Source: Acaryochloris marina MBIC11017 (lineage in GTDB: Bacteria > Cyanobacteriota > Cyanobacteriia > Thermosynechococcales > Thermosynechococcaceae). Taken from it: a DNA stretch of 32,000 bases. The notes under the pieces were generated by a model. That model saw only the letters and a program-made list of their open reading frames with translations. It had not been told where the DNA came from and did no database searches. Both the position numbers and the translations under genes were made by a program. The stretch is taken from assembly GCF_000018105.1 (NCBI RefSeq), contig NC_009925.1, positions 5,880,001 to 5,912,000 on the forward strand. Direction: 5' to 3'. Each line of letters opens with the position of its first letter. Positions within the stretch are counted from its first letter, which is position 1. Positions 1 to 9,295 of this stretch are shown in pieces.

Positions 1-1375
1 CCCGTAAACGGCGGACCAACATTTGCGGGTCTCCTAGCATTTCACCCACAATCGGAATAATCGCTTGAGGTCGGAAGTAGAACCGACGATACATGCGCTC
101 TACAGCATCCTCAATCGCGGCACTCGAAAGATTGGGATAGGCCAAGGTTGAGGTTTGAATCCCGGAATCTGCTAACAGAGAGGTATCGCTAAACCAGTTA
201 TTCTCTTTAGCCTGGGCGTAAAGGGCTGTGCCGGGATAAGGGGCCGCAATCGATACCTGAATGGTATGGGGGTTCACCTCACAGGCAAACCGAATTGTTT
301 CTTCGATGGTTTCCTGGCTTTCGTTGGGAAGGCCAATAATAAAGGTGCCGTGGACGGTGATACCGAGTTTGCGACAGTTGGCCATAAACTTCCGAGCCAC
401 TTCCAGTTTGATGCCCTTATTGATGCCGTCCAGAATTTGCTGATTGCCAGACTCAAACCCCACTAACAATAGCCGGAGGCCGTTATCTCGCAACTGCTTG
501 AGGGTGTCGTAGTCTAGATTGGCCCGGGCGTTACAGCTCCAGGTGAGTTTGAGGCGTTTGAGATGTTCACTAATTGCGATCGCACGAGGTTTATCAATCG
601 TAAACGTATCGTCATCAAACATATATTCCCGCACCGTATCGCCAAACAGGTACTTGGCCTGCTCCATTTCTTTGCCCACGGCTTCGGGGCTTTTAGCGCG
701 GTAATTATGGCCACCAATGGTTTGGGGCCACAAACAGAAGGAGCACTTAGCCGGACAGCCACGCCCCGTGTAAAAGGAAATATAGGGATGGAGAAGATAG
801 CCGATGAAATACTTTTTGATATCCAAATCGCGAGCATAAACGGGCAGGACGCTCGGCATGGCATCCCAGTCGTGGATCAGGTCCCGCTCGGGATTGTGTT
901 GAATTTGATTATCTGCGTCGCGATAGCTAAGCCCCTTGATTTCTGATAGAGGCAGACCTTCGGCCACATCTTTGCAGGTATAGTCAAATTCGTTGCGACA
1001 GACAAAATCAATAATGGGGTTATCCCGCAGGGTTTCTTCCGGCAAAACGGCAACGTGGGCACCAATAAAGCCAACCCGAGTACCAGGCTTTTGGGCCTTA
1101 ATCGCTTCCGCACATTTGACATCATTGGCAAGGGAAGGCGTGCTGGTGTGCATAATCACCAAGTCATAATCCTTGGCGACCTTAAGCACATCTTCGACGG
1201 TTTGTTCATGGGGAGGGGCATCAATCAGCTTACTTCCTGGCACTAAGGCTGCAGGTTGGGCCAGCCAGGTGGGATACCAAAAGGAGGTAATTTCTCGTTT
1301 GGCCTGATACCGGGCACCAGCACCCCCATCAAATCCATCAAAAGAGGGGGGACTCAAAAATAAGGTTTTCTGCAC
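1..1375 (-). CDS. hpnJ: B12-binding-domain radical SAM enzyme, HpnJ-like (hopanoid-associated); C-terminus runs off the window
   Basis: Not in the ORF track because it is open at the window edge. Hand translation of the minus strand from GTG at 1375 gives VQKTLFLSPPSFDGFDGGAGARYQAKREITSFWYPTWLAQPAAL..., uninterrupted to position 1. It contains the radical-SAM CxxxCxxC motif (GRGCPAKCSFC). The N-terminal pattern matches my recollection of the HpnJ family. Track ORFs at 514-1131 are wrong-frame or antisense. Confidence 0.8.
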   Translation of the reverse strand, partial: MQKTLFLSPPSFDGFDGGAGARYQAKREITSFWYPTWLAQPAALVPGSKLIDAPPHEQTVEDVLKVAKDYDLVIMHTSTPSLANDVKCAEAIKAQKPGTRVGFIGAHVAVLPEETLRDNPIIDFVCRNEFDYTCKDVAEGLPLSEIKGLSYRDADNQIQHNPERDLIHDWDAMPSVLPVYARDLDIKKYFIGYLLHPYISFYTGRGCPAKCSFCLWPQTIGGHNYRAKSPEAVGKEMEQAKYLFGDTVREYMFDDDTFTIDKPRAIAISEHLKRLKLTWSCNARANLDYDTLKQLRDNGLRLLLVGFESGNQQILDGINKGIKLEVARKFMANCRKLGITVHGTFIIGLPNESQETIEETIRFACEVNPHTIQVSIAAPYPGTALYAQAKENNWFSDTSLLADSGIQTSTLAYPNLSSAAIEDAVERMYRRFYFRPQAIIPIVGEMLGDPQMLVRRLR

Positions 1376-1721
1376 AGTTTCACTCCTCACTTAAAGATGC
1401 AGTCACAGCAAAGTTTCTAGCTTTAGAAACATCAATTGAGGACCATCCCTCAAACGCCCAGAACACTGAAGCAACCATAGCCTATCAAAAACTGGCCTTG
1501 CATGGCCGTGGGTTCTGTCTCGGTTGCAGTTGATTTATCCAGTCGGGATAGATATTATGGCAGTTCTGCTCCTTGAAACGCCAAACGTTAGTTTTAAATT
1601 GCATTCTGGATGGGTTTTAAACCGTCTGATTCAACCAGCGGAACAAATCGTTTCTTCAAATCGCTATTATTGGGGACCACCGCTCGATATTCTGTGATCA
1701 CGATCAGTTAAAGGATGAGAT

Positions 1722-2993
1722 ATGGTTTCGGTTGGGGTGTTTATAGATTTAAGATGGCACCAAGCCGCAGGCGGGCATGTCAAATGCTGGGAATCCTTTG
1801 CCAAAGCCGCAGCCACATTACCGGAAGAGCTAACACTAAGTCTGCATTTTTTAGGGGATCAAGAACAGGTTATCGAACTCGCTCCCAATGTTCGCTACAT
1901 TTTGCATCCACCCCGGTTTAGTACTGAACGTCTGACCTTCCTGAAAGATGTTCCTGGACATACGGATATTGCCCCCTCGAATCCTTCTCTGATTCCCTAT
2001 TTGGAAAAGCTGGATATTGTCCATATCACCCATCCTCAGTTCACATTTGGGAAGACGGCCAAACGGTATTGTCAGCAACAAGGCAAACCCCTGATTGCTT
2101 CAATTCATACGGATACGCCAGAATATTCCCGAATCTATACGGAGCAGGCCCTGGAAAAACTCTTTGGTCAGGGATGGTTGAATCAACTGCTTTCCCAACA
2201 GCTGCAAATTCCACGACGGTATAAGCAGTTGATGGTGGCCCGCCAAAAGCGTTACTGGCAATCCTGTGCCCATGTGCTGACCGCTCAGCCTTCTGACTTT
2301 GGGGTGGTCAATACTGTTTTACCCAAGTCACACATTTCCCATCTCCGACGGGGCATTGATAAGGAATTGTTTCATCCTCAACATCGCGATCGGTCTTGGT
2401 TGGAACAAACCTACAACATCCCTCCTGGAAAGTTTCTGCTGTTATTTGTGGGGCGCTTAGATGCCTGCAAAAATATCCTTACCTTTGCCCAAGCCGTGAA
2501 GGTTCTGCTAGATCAGGGCCTGCCCGTTCATGCCCTCGTTGTCGGTCAAGGCAGTAGCGATCAAGAAGTGCAGGCTATCCTTGGAGACCATGTGACCTTA
2601 ACAGGCACGATTAACCACGATCAGCTGGGTCCCATCTTTGCCAGTGCCGATCTGTTTGTGTTTCCCTCCCAAACAGAGACCATCGGCAATGTGATTGTGG
2701 AAGCGAAAGCGTCTGGATTACCTGTTATTATTTCTAGTCATGGCGGCGCTTACCAGTCGGTACAAGCCTCTGGGGAAGATGGCGTTGTGATTGAAGACGA
2801 TTTGCCCGAGACTTGGGCGGGTGCGATCGCAACCCTGTATCACGACCCCGATCAGCTTGCCCAGATGAAACAAGCCACTCTCGCCCATATTGATCAGCAT
2901 TGGCCTACTTGGCTAGAAGTGTTGCAAAACGACTTGCTGCCCGTTTGGCAGGCAGTGGCTTCGATTCCAGACCGAGTCACCAAACGACCTTAG
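1722..2993 (+). CDS. Glycosyltransferase, GT4 (group 1) family
   Basis: 423-aa ORF. C-terminal GT-B/GT4 signature FPSQTETIGNVIVEAKASGLPVI (E-x7-E type). Divergent from the radical SAM gene. Confidence 0.8.
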   Translation: MVSVGVFIDLRWHQAAGGHVKCWESFAKAAATLPEELTLSLHFLGDQEQVIELAPNVRYILHPPRFSTERLTFLKDVPGHTDIAPSNPSLIPYLEKLDIVHITHPQFTFGKTAKRYCQQQGKPLIASIHTDTPEYSRIYTEQALEKLFGQGWLNQLLSQQLQIPRRYKQLMVARQKRYWQSCAHVLTAQPSDFGVVNTVLPKSHISHLRRGIDKELFHPQHRDRSWLEQTYNIPPGKFLLLFVGRLDACKNILTFAQAVKVLLDQGLPVHALVVGQGSSDQEVQAILGDHVTLTGTINHDQLGPIFASADLFVFPSQTETIGNVIVEAKASGLPVIISSHGGAYQSVQASGEDGVVIEDDLPETWAGAIATLYHDPDQLAQMKQATLAHIDQHWPTWLEVLQNDLLPVWQAVASIPDRVTKRP

Positions 2994-3100
2994 ATTTAGA
3001 AAAAATTAGGACTTCCCCCGAGTGCCATCCTTTAGTATGTAGAGGTGGGGACTACACTCTTTATATTTGTTCTTCAGCGGCTGCATCTCTGAGCAAGACT

Positions 3101-4228
3101 ATGACCACAACAACTCCCGAATCCACTCAGACCATGACGGCTAACAAGCGTGGGTTACCCGTCACCATTATCACGGGCTTTTTGGGCAGTGGAAAAACAA
3201 CCCTTTTAAACCACATTCTCTCCAATCAGGAAGGTTTAAGAACGGCTGTTCTGGTCAATGAGTTTGGTGAAATTGGCATTGATAATGATCTCCTGATCAC
3301 CACGGGTGATGACATGGTGGAGCTGAGCAATGGCTGTATCTGCTGCACTATAAATAATGATTTAGTAGATGCGGTTTATAAGGTTCTGGAGCGGTCTGAA
3401 AAGATTGATTATCTGGTGGTGGAAACTACAGGATTAGCCGATCCTTTACCAGTCGCTTTGACCTTCCTAGGCACCGATTTACGAGATGTGACTCGCTTAG
3501 ATTCAATTGTAACGGTGGTCGATTCTGAGAATTTCAGTTTGGATCTGTTCAATAGTGAAGCCGCTCAAAGCCAGATTGCCTATGGCGATATTATCTTGCT
3601 TAACAAAGCTGATCTAGTGGATGAAGCGAATCTGGATCTGCTAGAAGTGCGGGTCCGGGAAATGCGTGAAGGTGCTCGGATCATCAGGACCACTAAAAGC
3701 CAGGTTTCCCTACCGTTGATTTTGAGTGTCGGGCTATTTGAATCCGATAAGTATTTTGATGAGCACGGCCACGGCCACAGCCATGACCATAGCCACGATC
3801 ACGACCATCATGATCACGATCATGGCCACGACCATCACGACCACAGCAATTGCGACCATGACCATGGCCATTGCGAGCATGATCACGACCATCATCACTC
3901 CCATCATTTAGATAACGATGGGTTTACATCCCTCTCTTTTCAAAGCGATCGCCCCTTTTCAGTTCGCAAGTTTCAAAAGTTCTTGGATGAACAGCTTCCC
4001 CTCAACGTCTTCCGAGCCAAAGGGATTCTGTGGTTTGATGAAAGCGAGAAGCGTCATGTCTTTCATTTAAGTGGTAAGCGCTTTTCCTTAGATGATGAGG
4101 ACTGGAGAGGCGAGCCCAAGAATCAGCTGGTGTTAATTGGGCAAGATTTGGATCATGATCAGTTGCGATCGCAAATCGAAAACTGCTTAACCACCAATTC
4201 CACCAATAGCAGCAAAGGATTTGGCTAA
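3101..4228 (+). CDS. COG0523 (CobW/YeiR/ZigA-like) G3E GTPase metallochaperone with a His/Asp-rich insert
   Basis: P-loop GFLGSGKTTLLN, CxCC motif (GCICCT), NKADL. His/Asp tract at 3764-3907. Start set at ATG 3101 (MTTTTPE...); the track start at 2900 would overlap the GT gene by 94 nt. Confidence 0.85.
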   Translation: MTTTTPESTQTMTANKRGLPVTIITGFLGSGKTTLLNHILSNQEGLRTAVLVNEFGEIGIDNDLLITTGDDMVELSNGCICCTINNDLVDAVYKVLERSEKIDYLVVETTGLADPLPVALTFLGTDLRDVTRLDSIVTVVDSENFSLDLFNSEAAQSQIAYGDIILLNKADLVDEANLDLLEVRVREMREGARIIRTTKSQVSLPLILSVGLFESDKYFDEHGHGHSHDHSHDHDHHDHDHGHDHHDHSNCDHDHGHCEHDHDHHHSHHLDNDGFTSLSFQSDRPFSVRKFQKFLDEQLPLNVFRAKGILWFDESEKRHVFHLSGKRFSLDDEDWRGEPKNQLVLIGQDLDHDQLRSQIENCLTTNSTNSSKGFG

Positions 4229-4304
4229 GAAATGATTCTGGCGTTTATGGCTTCAACCCATAAACGCTATACTTGCGAGGTAGATTAATTATCTACCCCA
4301 ATAA

Positions 4305-4377
4305 GGGCATGTAGCTCAGTGGATAGAGCATCAGATTCCGGTTCTGAGGGTCGGGGGTTCGAATCCCTCCATGCTCG
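4305..4377 (+). tRNA. tRNA-Arg, anticodon CCG
   Basis: Hand-folded cloverleaf. Acceptor stem GGGCATG/CATGCTC (one G-T pair), D stem GCTC/GAGC, anticodon stem TCAGA/TCTGA with loop TTCCGGT (CCG at 34-36), T arm GGGGG-TTCGAAT-CCCTC, discriminator G. No encoded CCA. Confidence 0.9.
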
Positions 4378-4411
4378 CTTTTGAAAAAAGCTCGAAATAT
4401 ATACCCTTTCA

Positions 4412-4442
4412 GGGATTCCTAGATTTCAGGAGTCCCTTTTTT
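4412..4442 (+). terminator. Rho-independent terminator downstream of tRNA-Arg
   Basis: 8-bp stem GGGATTCC / GGAGTCCC (one T-G pair), 9-nt loop, followed by TTTTTT at 4437-4442. Confidence 0.55.
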
Positions 4443-4493
4443 AGCTTATAAATAAAGAACATATGTACTATAATTAGGCCTAGTTGGGTATGG

Positions 4494-4546
4494 TTGGGGT
4501 AAAAATTGGGGTAAAAATAAGCCGAGCATAAGAGCTTTTACCCCAA
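4494..4546. repeat. Perfect 12-bp tandem TTGGGGTAAAAA x2 (4494-4505, 4506-4517) plus an inverted 11-bp copy TTTTACCCCAA (4536-4546), just upstream of the integrase start
   Basis: Read directly from the sequence. A partial fourth copy GTTGGGTA lies at 4483-4490. The position suggests integrase arm-type or operator sites. Confidence 0.6.
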
Positions 4547-4556
4547 GTAAGATTTG

Positions 4557-5720
4557 ATGGACACTCAAACGCCTAAAGCTAAAGCCAGCAAGGGTTCCGT
4601 TAAAATCAAAGTTTCGAATAATCGACTGCAGCTTGTCTTTTCTTGCGGTGGCAAGCGACATTACCTCAGTTTGGGCTTATCGGACTCCCAGACCCATCGC
4701 AAACTGGCGGAAATGAAGGTCAGAGCAATTGAGTTGGACATCGTTTCGGACAACTTTGATCAAACCCTTGAGAAGTACAAGCCTCAATTTACCCGAAGCT
4801 CTATTACCCCAATTACCCCAACACCACCCAACCTGCCCAGCCTTGATCATCTGTGGGAACAGTATGTTGAGTTCAAACGCCCTAGCGTATCGCCAAACTA
4901 TCTAGCAAAAGAGCTAGGGACTGCTGAACGGGTGATTAATAACCAATTACCGACGCGATCGCTAGAGGATGCCGTCCAAATTCGAGATTGGGTTGTGGCC
5001 CATAAACCTGCTAATGCGGCCAAGCGCTTAATCACTCAGCTGTCGTCTTGTTGTGACTGGGCCACCAAAAGCAATCTAATTGAGGTCAATCCCTTTAGCG
5101 GTATGGCGAAGGAACTCAAGCTTCCCAAAAATGGGAAAAAGCAACAGATCGATCCCTTTACCCAGCAGGAGCGTAATCAAATCATTCAGGCTTTTACTGC
5201 GAATCAGTATTATGGCCACTACGGTCCCTTTGTCAGCTTCCTATTTAAAACGGGCTGCCGACCGTCCGAAGCCATTGCCTTGCAGTGGAAACATATCGCA
5301 CCTGACTTCCAGCTGATTATTTTTGAGCAGTCAGCCATAGATACGGAATATGGCCTAAAAATGCGCAAGGGTTTAAAAACGCAAGAGCGTCGTCAATTCC
5401 CTTGCAACACTTCCTTACGAGACCTACTGATCACTCACCAACCCTCGGACTGTGAACCTGAACTTCTAGTTTTTCCTAGCCCAGGTGGCAAGCTAATTGA
5501 CTTTCATAATTTTCGAAATCGGGCCTGGAAAACCATTCTGGGAAACCTGAAAGAGATTCGCTACCGTAAGCCTTACCAAACCCGTCATACCTTTATTACC
5601 TTGGCCCTAGAGAATGGTTTGGATGCCAAGGATGTCGCTGGATTAGTGGGTAACTCTCCCGAAATCATTTACAAGCACTATGCCGGAACAAAGCGAGAAC
5701 TTGTGGTGCCTGAATTTTAA
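4557..5720 (+). CDS. int: Tyrosine recombinase / phage-type integrase
   Basis: Catalytic-domain motifs GCRPSEAIAL (Arg), YQTRHTFITLAL (H-x-x-R) and IIYKHYAG (Tyr). Lies immediately downstream of a tRNA gene. Track start 4554 is TTG; ATG is at 4557. Confidence 0.9.
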   Translation: MDTQTPKAKASKGSVKIKVSNNRLQLVFSCGGKRHYLSLGLSDSQTHRKLAEMKVRAIELDIVSDNFDQTLEKYKPQFTRSSITPITPTPPNLPSLDHLWEQYVEFKRPSVSPNYLAKELGTAERVINNQLPTRSLEDAVQIRDWVVAHKPANAAKRLITQLSSCCDWATKSNLIEVNPFSGMAKELKLPKNGKKQQIDPFTQQERNQIIQAFTANQYYGHYGPFVSFLFKTGCRPSEAIALQWKHIAPDFQLIIFEQSAIDTEYGLKMRKGLKTQERRQFPCNTSLRDLLITHQPSDCEPELLVFPSPGGKLIDFHNFRNRAWKTILGNLKEIRYRKPYQTRHTFITLALENGLDAKDVAGLVGNSPEIIYKHYAGTKRELVVPEF

Positions 5721-6019
5721 GGGGAGCGCTTTTTCTTTCTTCGCCTTCGAGGGGGTGGCTGATTGGAGGGCAATGCCCCCAAAAAGTTCTCAATCGCCTG
5801 GTTATGGGTGCCTTTATCCATCCGCGTTGCGGCCCAGTCTTTCATCAGCTCGACGTTATAGCGGACACAGCGGCTTGAATAGCGAACCCAGTGAATCCCC
5901 TCAATCAGTTGATTGGAAAGCCGCAGCTTTTTCAAGCTGGATTCAGAAAGACCGACAATCTTAGCGGCCTCATGCTTGTTGCACCAAACAGCGGGTTGTG
6001 AATTGGCTGGAGATTTCAT
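5717..6019 (-). CDS. Excisionase/AlpA-like helix-turn-helix DNA-binding protein
   Basis: 100 aa. HTH segment NKHEAAKIVGLSESSLKKLR followed by a W-containing wing (GIHWVRY). Its start overlaps the primase stop as ATGA (6016-6019). Confidence 0.6.
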   Translation of the reverse strand: MKSPANSQPAVWCNKHEAAKIVGLSESSLKKLRLSNQLIEGIHWVRYSSRCVRYNVELMKDWAATRMDKGTHNQAIENFLGALPSNQPPPRRRRKKKRSP

Positions 6020-8463
6020 GGTGTTGCCCTCCGAATCAGTCGTACATCCTGGCGCTCATATTCCTTCGTGATCAGCCAAGCTTTACCCTTAACTTCTACC
6101 CATCCAGGCTTTTTACGGGGAAATCCCACCACCTGCACCTGGCGACCCGTAAAATATCCCGTTAATAATTCCACCCAATCGCCTTCCTTTAGATCTGGTG
6201 CAGGAGGACTCACACCAGTTCGCTGATGGTGATGATCAAGAGACACCGACCCTTGCTCTGAGTGGCTTTTCGGGACTTGCTCACCTTGAACAGCAAGTTC
6301 ACGCCCATTAGAATCGCGTGTCTGAGCAATGGGGTGATCAGACGACAAAGATCCGTGATATATCGTTGTTGTAGTCACCTGATCCGAAGAGGTTGATTTA
6401 GGATCATCTGATACCAGCCCTTGCCTAGCTTGGGTTTCAGTCACCTGATCATCTGATTCGGGATACGTGAATATTTTTTTGCGAGATTTGCCACCGCGAC
6501 CATTATTGGCATCAACCTCTCGGATCCCTTCCGTAATATGTCCCTGTCGCCATAGCCGCTTGACCAGTCTGCGCATATGAGATTCACTACAGCTAAACTG
6601 AAGGGCCAATTCAGCAATCTCAAATGCAATGCCTGGAGCGTGCTGGAAATGGTCTAATAATCTCCCCTCAAGACCGCCTTGCCCTTGAGGAGTGCATTTG
6701 AAGTCACCGTGGTAAACAATCACACAATCATCCGGGTCATAGCTGATCACAAACTTGCCAGAACAGCGACTCCGAGATTTATTGATACTCCAGATGCGTT
6801 GGTCTTCCGGCAGGTTATCCTCTGGCTTGGGATGACGGAGGTACCAAACTTCGCTGACATTATCGGGAATGGCCGTGGTCCCTCGACTCTCCCCCAGCTT
6901 GTTTGTGTGATGAAGAATCAAGAATGTACAGCCATAGGTATTGGCGATATTCCGCAAGTCATAAATACAAGCCCCATAGTTGGTATCCTTCTCCGCTAGC
7001 TCACTTGCCCGATTAGCAGCCGTAAAGGAATCGATAATCACGAGAGTGGGTTGTTCTTGCTCAATCCAGCGGGTGAGCTGGGGCAGTTGGGAAAACTGCC
7101 ATTCCGTCTCCACCTGCACCATCCCCGGCTGAAACTGCTCATAATTGGCATCCCGTAATGAATCCGAGAAATCTACATCCGGCTCATCGGTTTGGATAAT
7201 CAGAACCTTGCCCTGAGTGGTCCGAAAACCATTCCAAGATTGGCCAGAAGCCACAGCATAGGCCAAATCATAACTCAGCCGACTTTTGCCTGTGCCTCCA
7301 TCCGCAATCAAGGCAATGGTGCTGGCCTTGGGAATCTTGCCCGCAATAATCCACTCTCGACTTTCAGGAGCACGAGCGAGGAAATCAACAACGTCCATTG
7401 GTGCAAAGGGACGAGCACATTCCAAGCGCGTCTGGTGGATTTTGCGAAGTTGAGCAGTTGAGAGTTCAGCCCGTTTTGCTAACCGATTCAACTCCCACAG
7501 TTGGCGAGCGGTATCTTCAATCTGAAGGATTTCGTCAATCTTTTCCAGACACTGCTCATAGTTGAGCCGGGTATCATGAGTCTTATGATTGGGCCGAGTG
7601 GCCTGTCGTGCAGCAGCCTTAATTTGGCTCAAACTACAATCCGCATTCAGAGCATCGCTGATATCCCATCCCTTAGGAATGGGGGTCTGGTTAAAAGGCA
7701 CTTGAGCAATCTTAGCTCTATGTCCCAACTGCAGGGCCAGCTTTTCAGCCCCCTTTTGTCCTGGTGGATCCAGGTCATAGAAGATCGTGACTGGGCCGGG
7801 TAGGCGTTGCAGCTGCTCAGTTGGCGGAATGACATTACAGCCACAGGTGAAGGTTGAGATCGCAATCTTTGTATCGTCTCGCATCGCCCAACCCAGCAAG
7901 ATCGCATCCCATTCCCCCTCACATAGATAGGTCTGCTTAGCTGCCTTGGGCTTATGGGTAAAGTAGACCATTGCAGGCAGCCCTTTCTGAGACCAGGTAG
8001 GTCTATAACTCCAAGGTTCAATTCTGAACTTTCGATAGTAACGAGTATCTTGATCATCTGCAGGAATAGGAATGACAATTCCGGCTCGACCATGATGAGT
8101 CACTAAACCTAAACGATAGTGTTGAATTAGCTCAGGGGTAATCCCTCGATTTTTCAACCACTGTTGCGCTTGTCCTCGTTTACCGTCATTGCCATTCAGC
8201 AGCCAATCGGTAGTCGTCTGCAGTTGATCAGGGGTATAGATCAACGGTGAATTTTGATTCGCCAAGTCCAAGGATGAGGTTTTCTCTATGCCTAGGCTGT
8301 CGCGGATTTCTTCAGGGGTACAGCCTGCATGACACTTGTACGCTCCACTGTCTAACAGAGCCAAGCTTTTCTGGGATGGACGACGGCCCTTTTTACGACT
8401 GCAGCTAGGACAGTACGCTCGTCCGCTAGCGTTGAAATTGATAAAGTCTTGAATCTCAAACAT
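6016..8463 (-). CDS. Bifunctional DNA primase / RepA-like (AAA_25-type) helicase with a C-terminal wHTH and KOW/SH3-like tail
   Basis: Zn-ribbon CPSCSRKK...YKCHAGC. Toprim acidic motifs YLCEGEWDA and FYDLDPPGQ. Walker A ADGGTGKS, Walker B LVIIDSF, LILHHTNK. Track start 8475 is TTG; ATG at 8463 (MFEIQDF) is preferred. Confidence 0.85.
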   Translation of the reverse strand: MFEIQDFINFNASGRAYCPSCSRKKGRRPSQKSLALLDSGAYKCHAGCTPEEIRDSLGIEKTSSLDLANQNSPLIYTPDQLQTTTDWLLNGNDGKRGQAQQWLKNRGITPELIQHYRLGLVTHHGRAGIVIPIPADDQDTRYYRKFRIEPWSYRPTWSQKGLPAMVYFTHKPKAAKQTYLCEGEWDAILLGWAMRDDTKIAISTFTCGCNVIPPTEQLQRLPGPVTIFYDLDPPGQKGAEKLALQLGHRAKIAQVPFNQTPIPKGWDISDALNADCSLSQIKAAARQATRPNHKTHDTRLNYEQCLEKIDEILQIEDTARQLWELNRLAKRAELSTAQLRKIHQTRLECARPFAPMDVVDFLARAPESREWIIAGKIPKASTIALIADGGTGKSRLSYDLAYAVASGQSWNGFRTTQGKVLIIQTDEPDVDFSDSLRDANYEQFQPGMVQVETEWQFSQLPQLTRWIEQEQPTLVIIDSFTAANRASELAEKDTNYGACIYDLRNIANTYGCTFLILHHTNKLGESRGTTAIPDNVSEVWYLRHPKPEDNLPEDQRIWSINKSRSRCSGKFVISYDPDDCVIVYHGDFKCTPQGQGGLEGRLLDHFQHAPGIAFEIAELALQFSCSESHMRRLVKRLWRQGHITEGIREVDANNGRGGKSRKKIFTYPESDDQVTETQARQGLVSDDPKSTSSDQVTTTTIYHGSLSSDHPIAQTRDSNGRELAVQGEQVPKSHSEQGSVSLDHHHQRTGVSPPAPDLKEGDWVELLTGYFTGRQVQVVGFPRKKPGWVEVKGKAWLITKEYERQDVRLIRRATP

Positions 8464-8608
8464 ATAAATGCCCAACGCAAAACCTATCTGCTAGGCAGTT
8501 CCATGGATAAGACACCTGCAGAAAGCTAATTTCTTTAAACAGTATATATGTACTATTTCAAAAAAGGATATTCATGCAGAATAGTCATATAATTCTTGGC
8601 ATGAGTCA

Positions 8609-9295
8609 GTGGTGGATATCCCCATGCGTAAGGTCTTTAATGCAGATAGTTTTACGGGTCGAATGGCCATCTTGGTGGATGAGTATAAAAATGCCACTCA
8701 TCTCGCCAAAGTGGTCGGCGTGAATGACCGAACGATCCGAAAATGGATGGCGGGAACGGAACCCGCTCGAAACTATCTGGAGCTATTGGCTGAAAAGCTT
8801 GAGGTCAATATCGAATGGCTGGTACTCGGTCGGGGACCTATTCGGCGGGCGGATGGGGGGATTGGTGATGGCACTTATGTCCAAATCCCTCTCTATGATG
8901 TTCGAGCGGGGGCTGGGGAAGGCATGATTGCGGAGGACAAGGAGCAGATCGAGGAACTGATGGCGTTTAGTCGATCCTGGATTCGTAGTGAATTACGTAC
9001 TAGCCCAGCTCATTTGAGTTTGATTCATGTCAGTGGAGATTCGATGGAACCAACTCTGCGACCTGGGGATGTGGTGCTGGTGGATCAGCATCAAGCGGAA
9101 GGGGGGACGGATGGGGTTTATGTGTTGCGTCGGGATGGGCATTTGCAGATTAAACGTCTGCATTGGTTATCAGGGAAAGTTTTGAAGATTATTAGTGATA
9201 ACCCTATCTATCAGCCGATTGAGGTGGATTTATCTCAGTTGACGGAGGAGTTTCAGATTATTGGCCGAGTGATTTGGGGCGGGAAGCGGTTTTGA
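8609..9295 (+). CDS. CI/LexA-type repressor (XRE HTH plus S24 peptidase domain)
   Basis: HTH THLAKVVGVNDRTIRKWMAG. S24 Ser/Lys dyad context GDSMEPTL ... LQIKRL. Divergent from the primase gene. Start is either GTG 8609 or ATG 8624. Confidence 0.85.
   Translation: MVDIPMRKVFNADSFTGRMAILVDEYKNATHLAKVVGVNDRTIRKWMAGTEPARNYLELLAEKLEVNIEWLVLGRGPIRRADGGIGDGTYVQIPLYDVRAGAGEGMIAEDKEQIEELMAFSRSWIRSELRTSPAHLSLIHVSGDSMEPTLRPGDVVLVDQHQAEGGTDGVYVLRRDGHLQIKRLHWLSGKVLKIISDNPIYQPIEVDLSQLTEEFQIIGRVIWGGKRF

Noticed and set aside
261-1246. Track ORFs of 60-127 aa on both strands (for example 514-864 minus, 563-946 plus, 877-1131 minus).
   Set aside because: They all lie inside the single uninterrupted minus-strand reading frame (1-1375) of the radical SAM gene. 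The track omits that gene because it runs off the window. These ORFs are alternative-frame or antisense artefacts.
2900-3100. N-terminal 67-aa extension of the COG0523 ORF.
   Set aside because: It would overlap the glycosyltransferase gene by 94 nt and has no GTPase-family similarity. The ATG at 3101 gives a typical short N-terminus before the P-loop.
3726-3911. 61-aa Thr/Ile/Met-rich ORF in an alternative frame.
   Set aside because: It is a frame-shifted reading of the repetitive His/Asp codon tract, not an independent gene.
7647-8093. 148-aa minus-strand ORF and several plus-strand ORFs (6679-6999, 7192-7461, 7501-7803) within the primase-helicase gene.
   Set aside because: They are nested in or antisense to a gene with clear Toprim and Walker motifs, and have no motifs of their own.
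4461-8556. Shared 11-mer ATATGTACTAT upstream of int (4461-4471) and in the primase/repressor switch region (8546-8556), as a possible common operator.
   Set aside because: Exact 11-mer coincidences are expected on the order of a hundred times in a 32-kb window (about N squared / 2 divided by 4^11). Both sites are in AT-rich promoter-like DNA. It is suggestive by position only.
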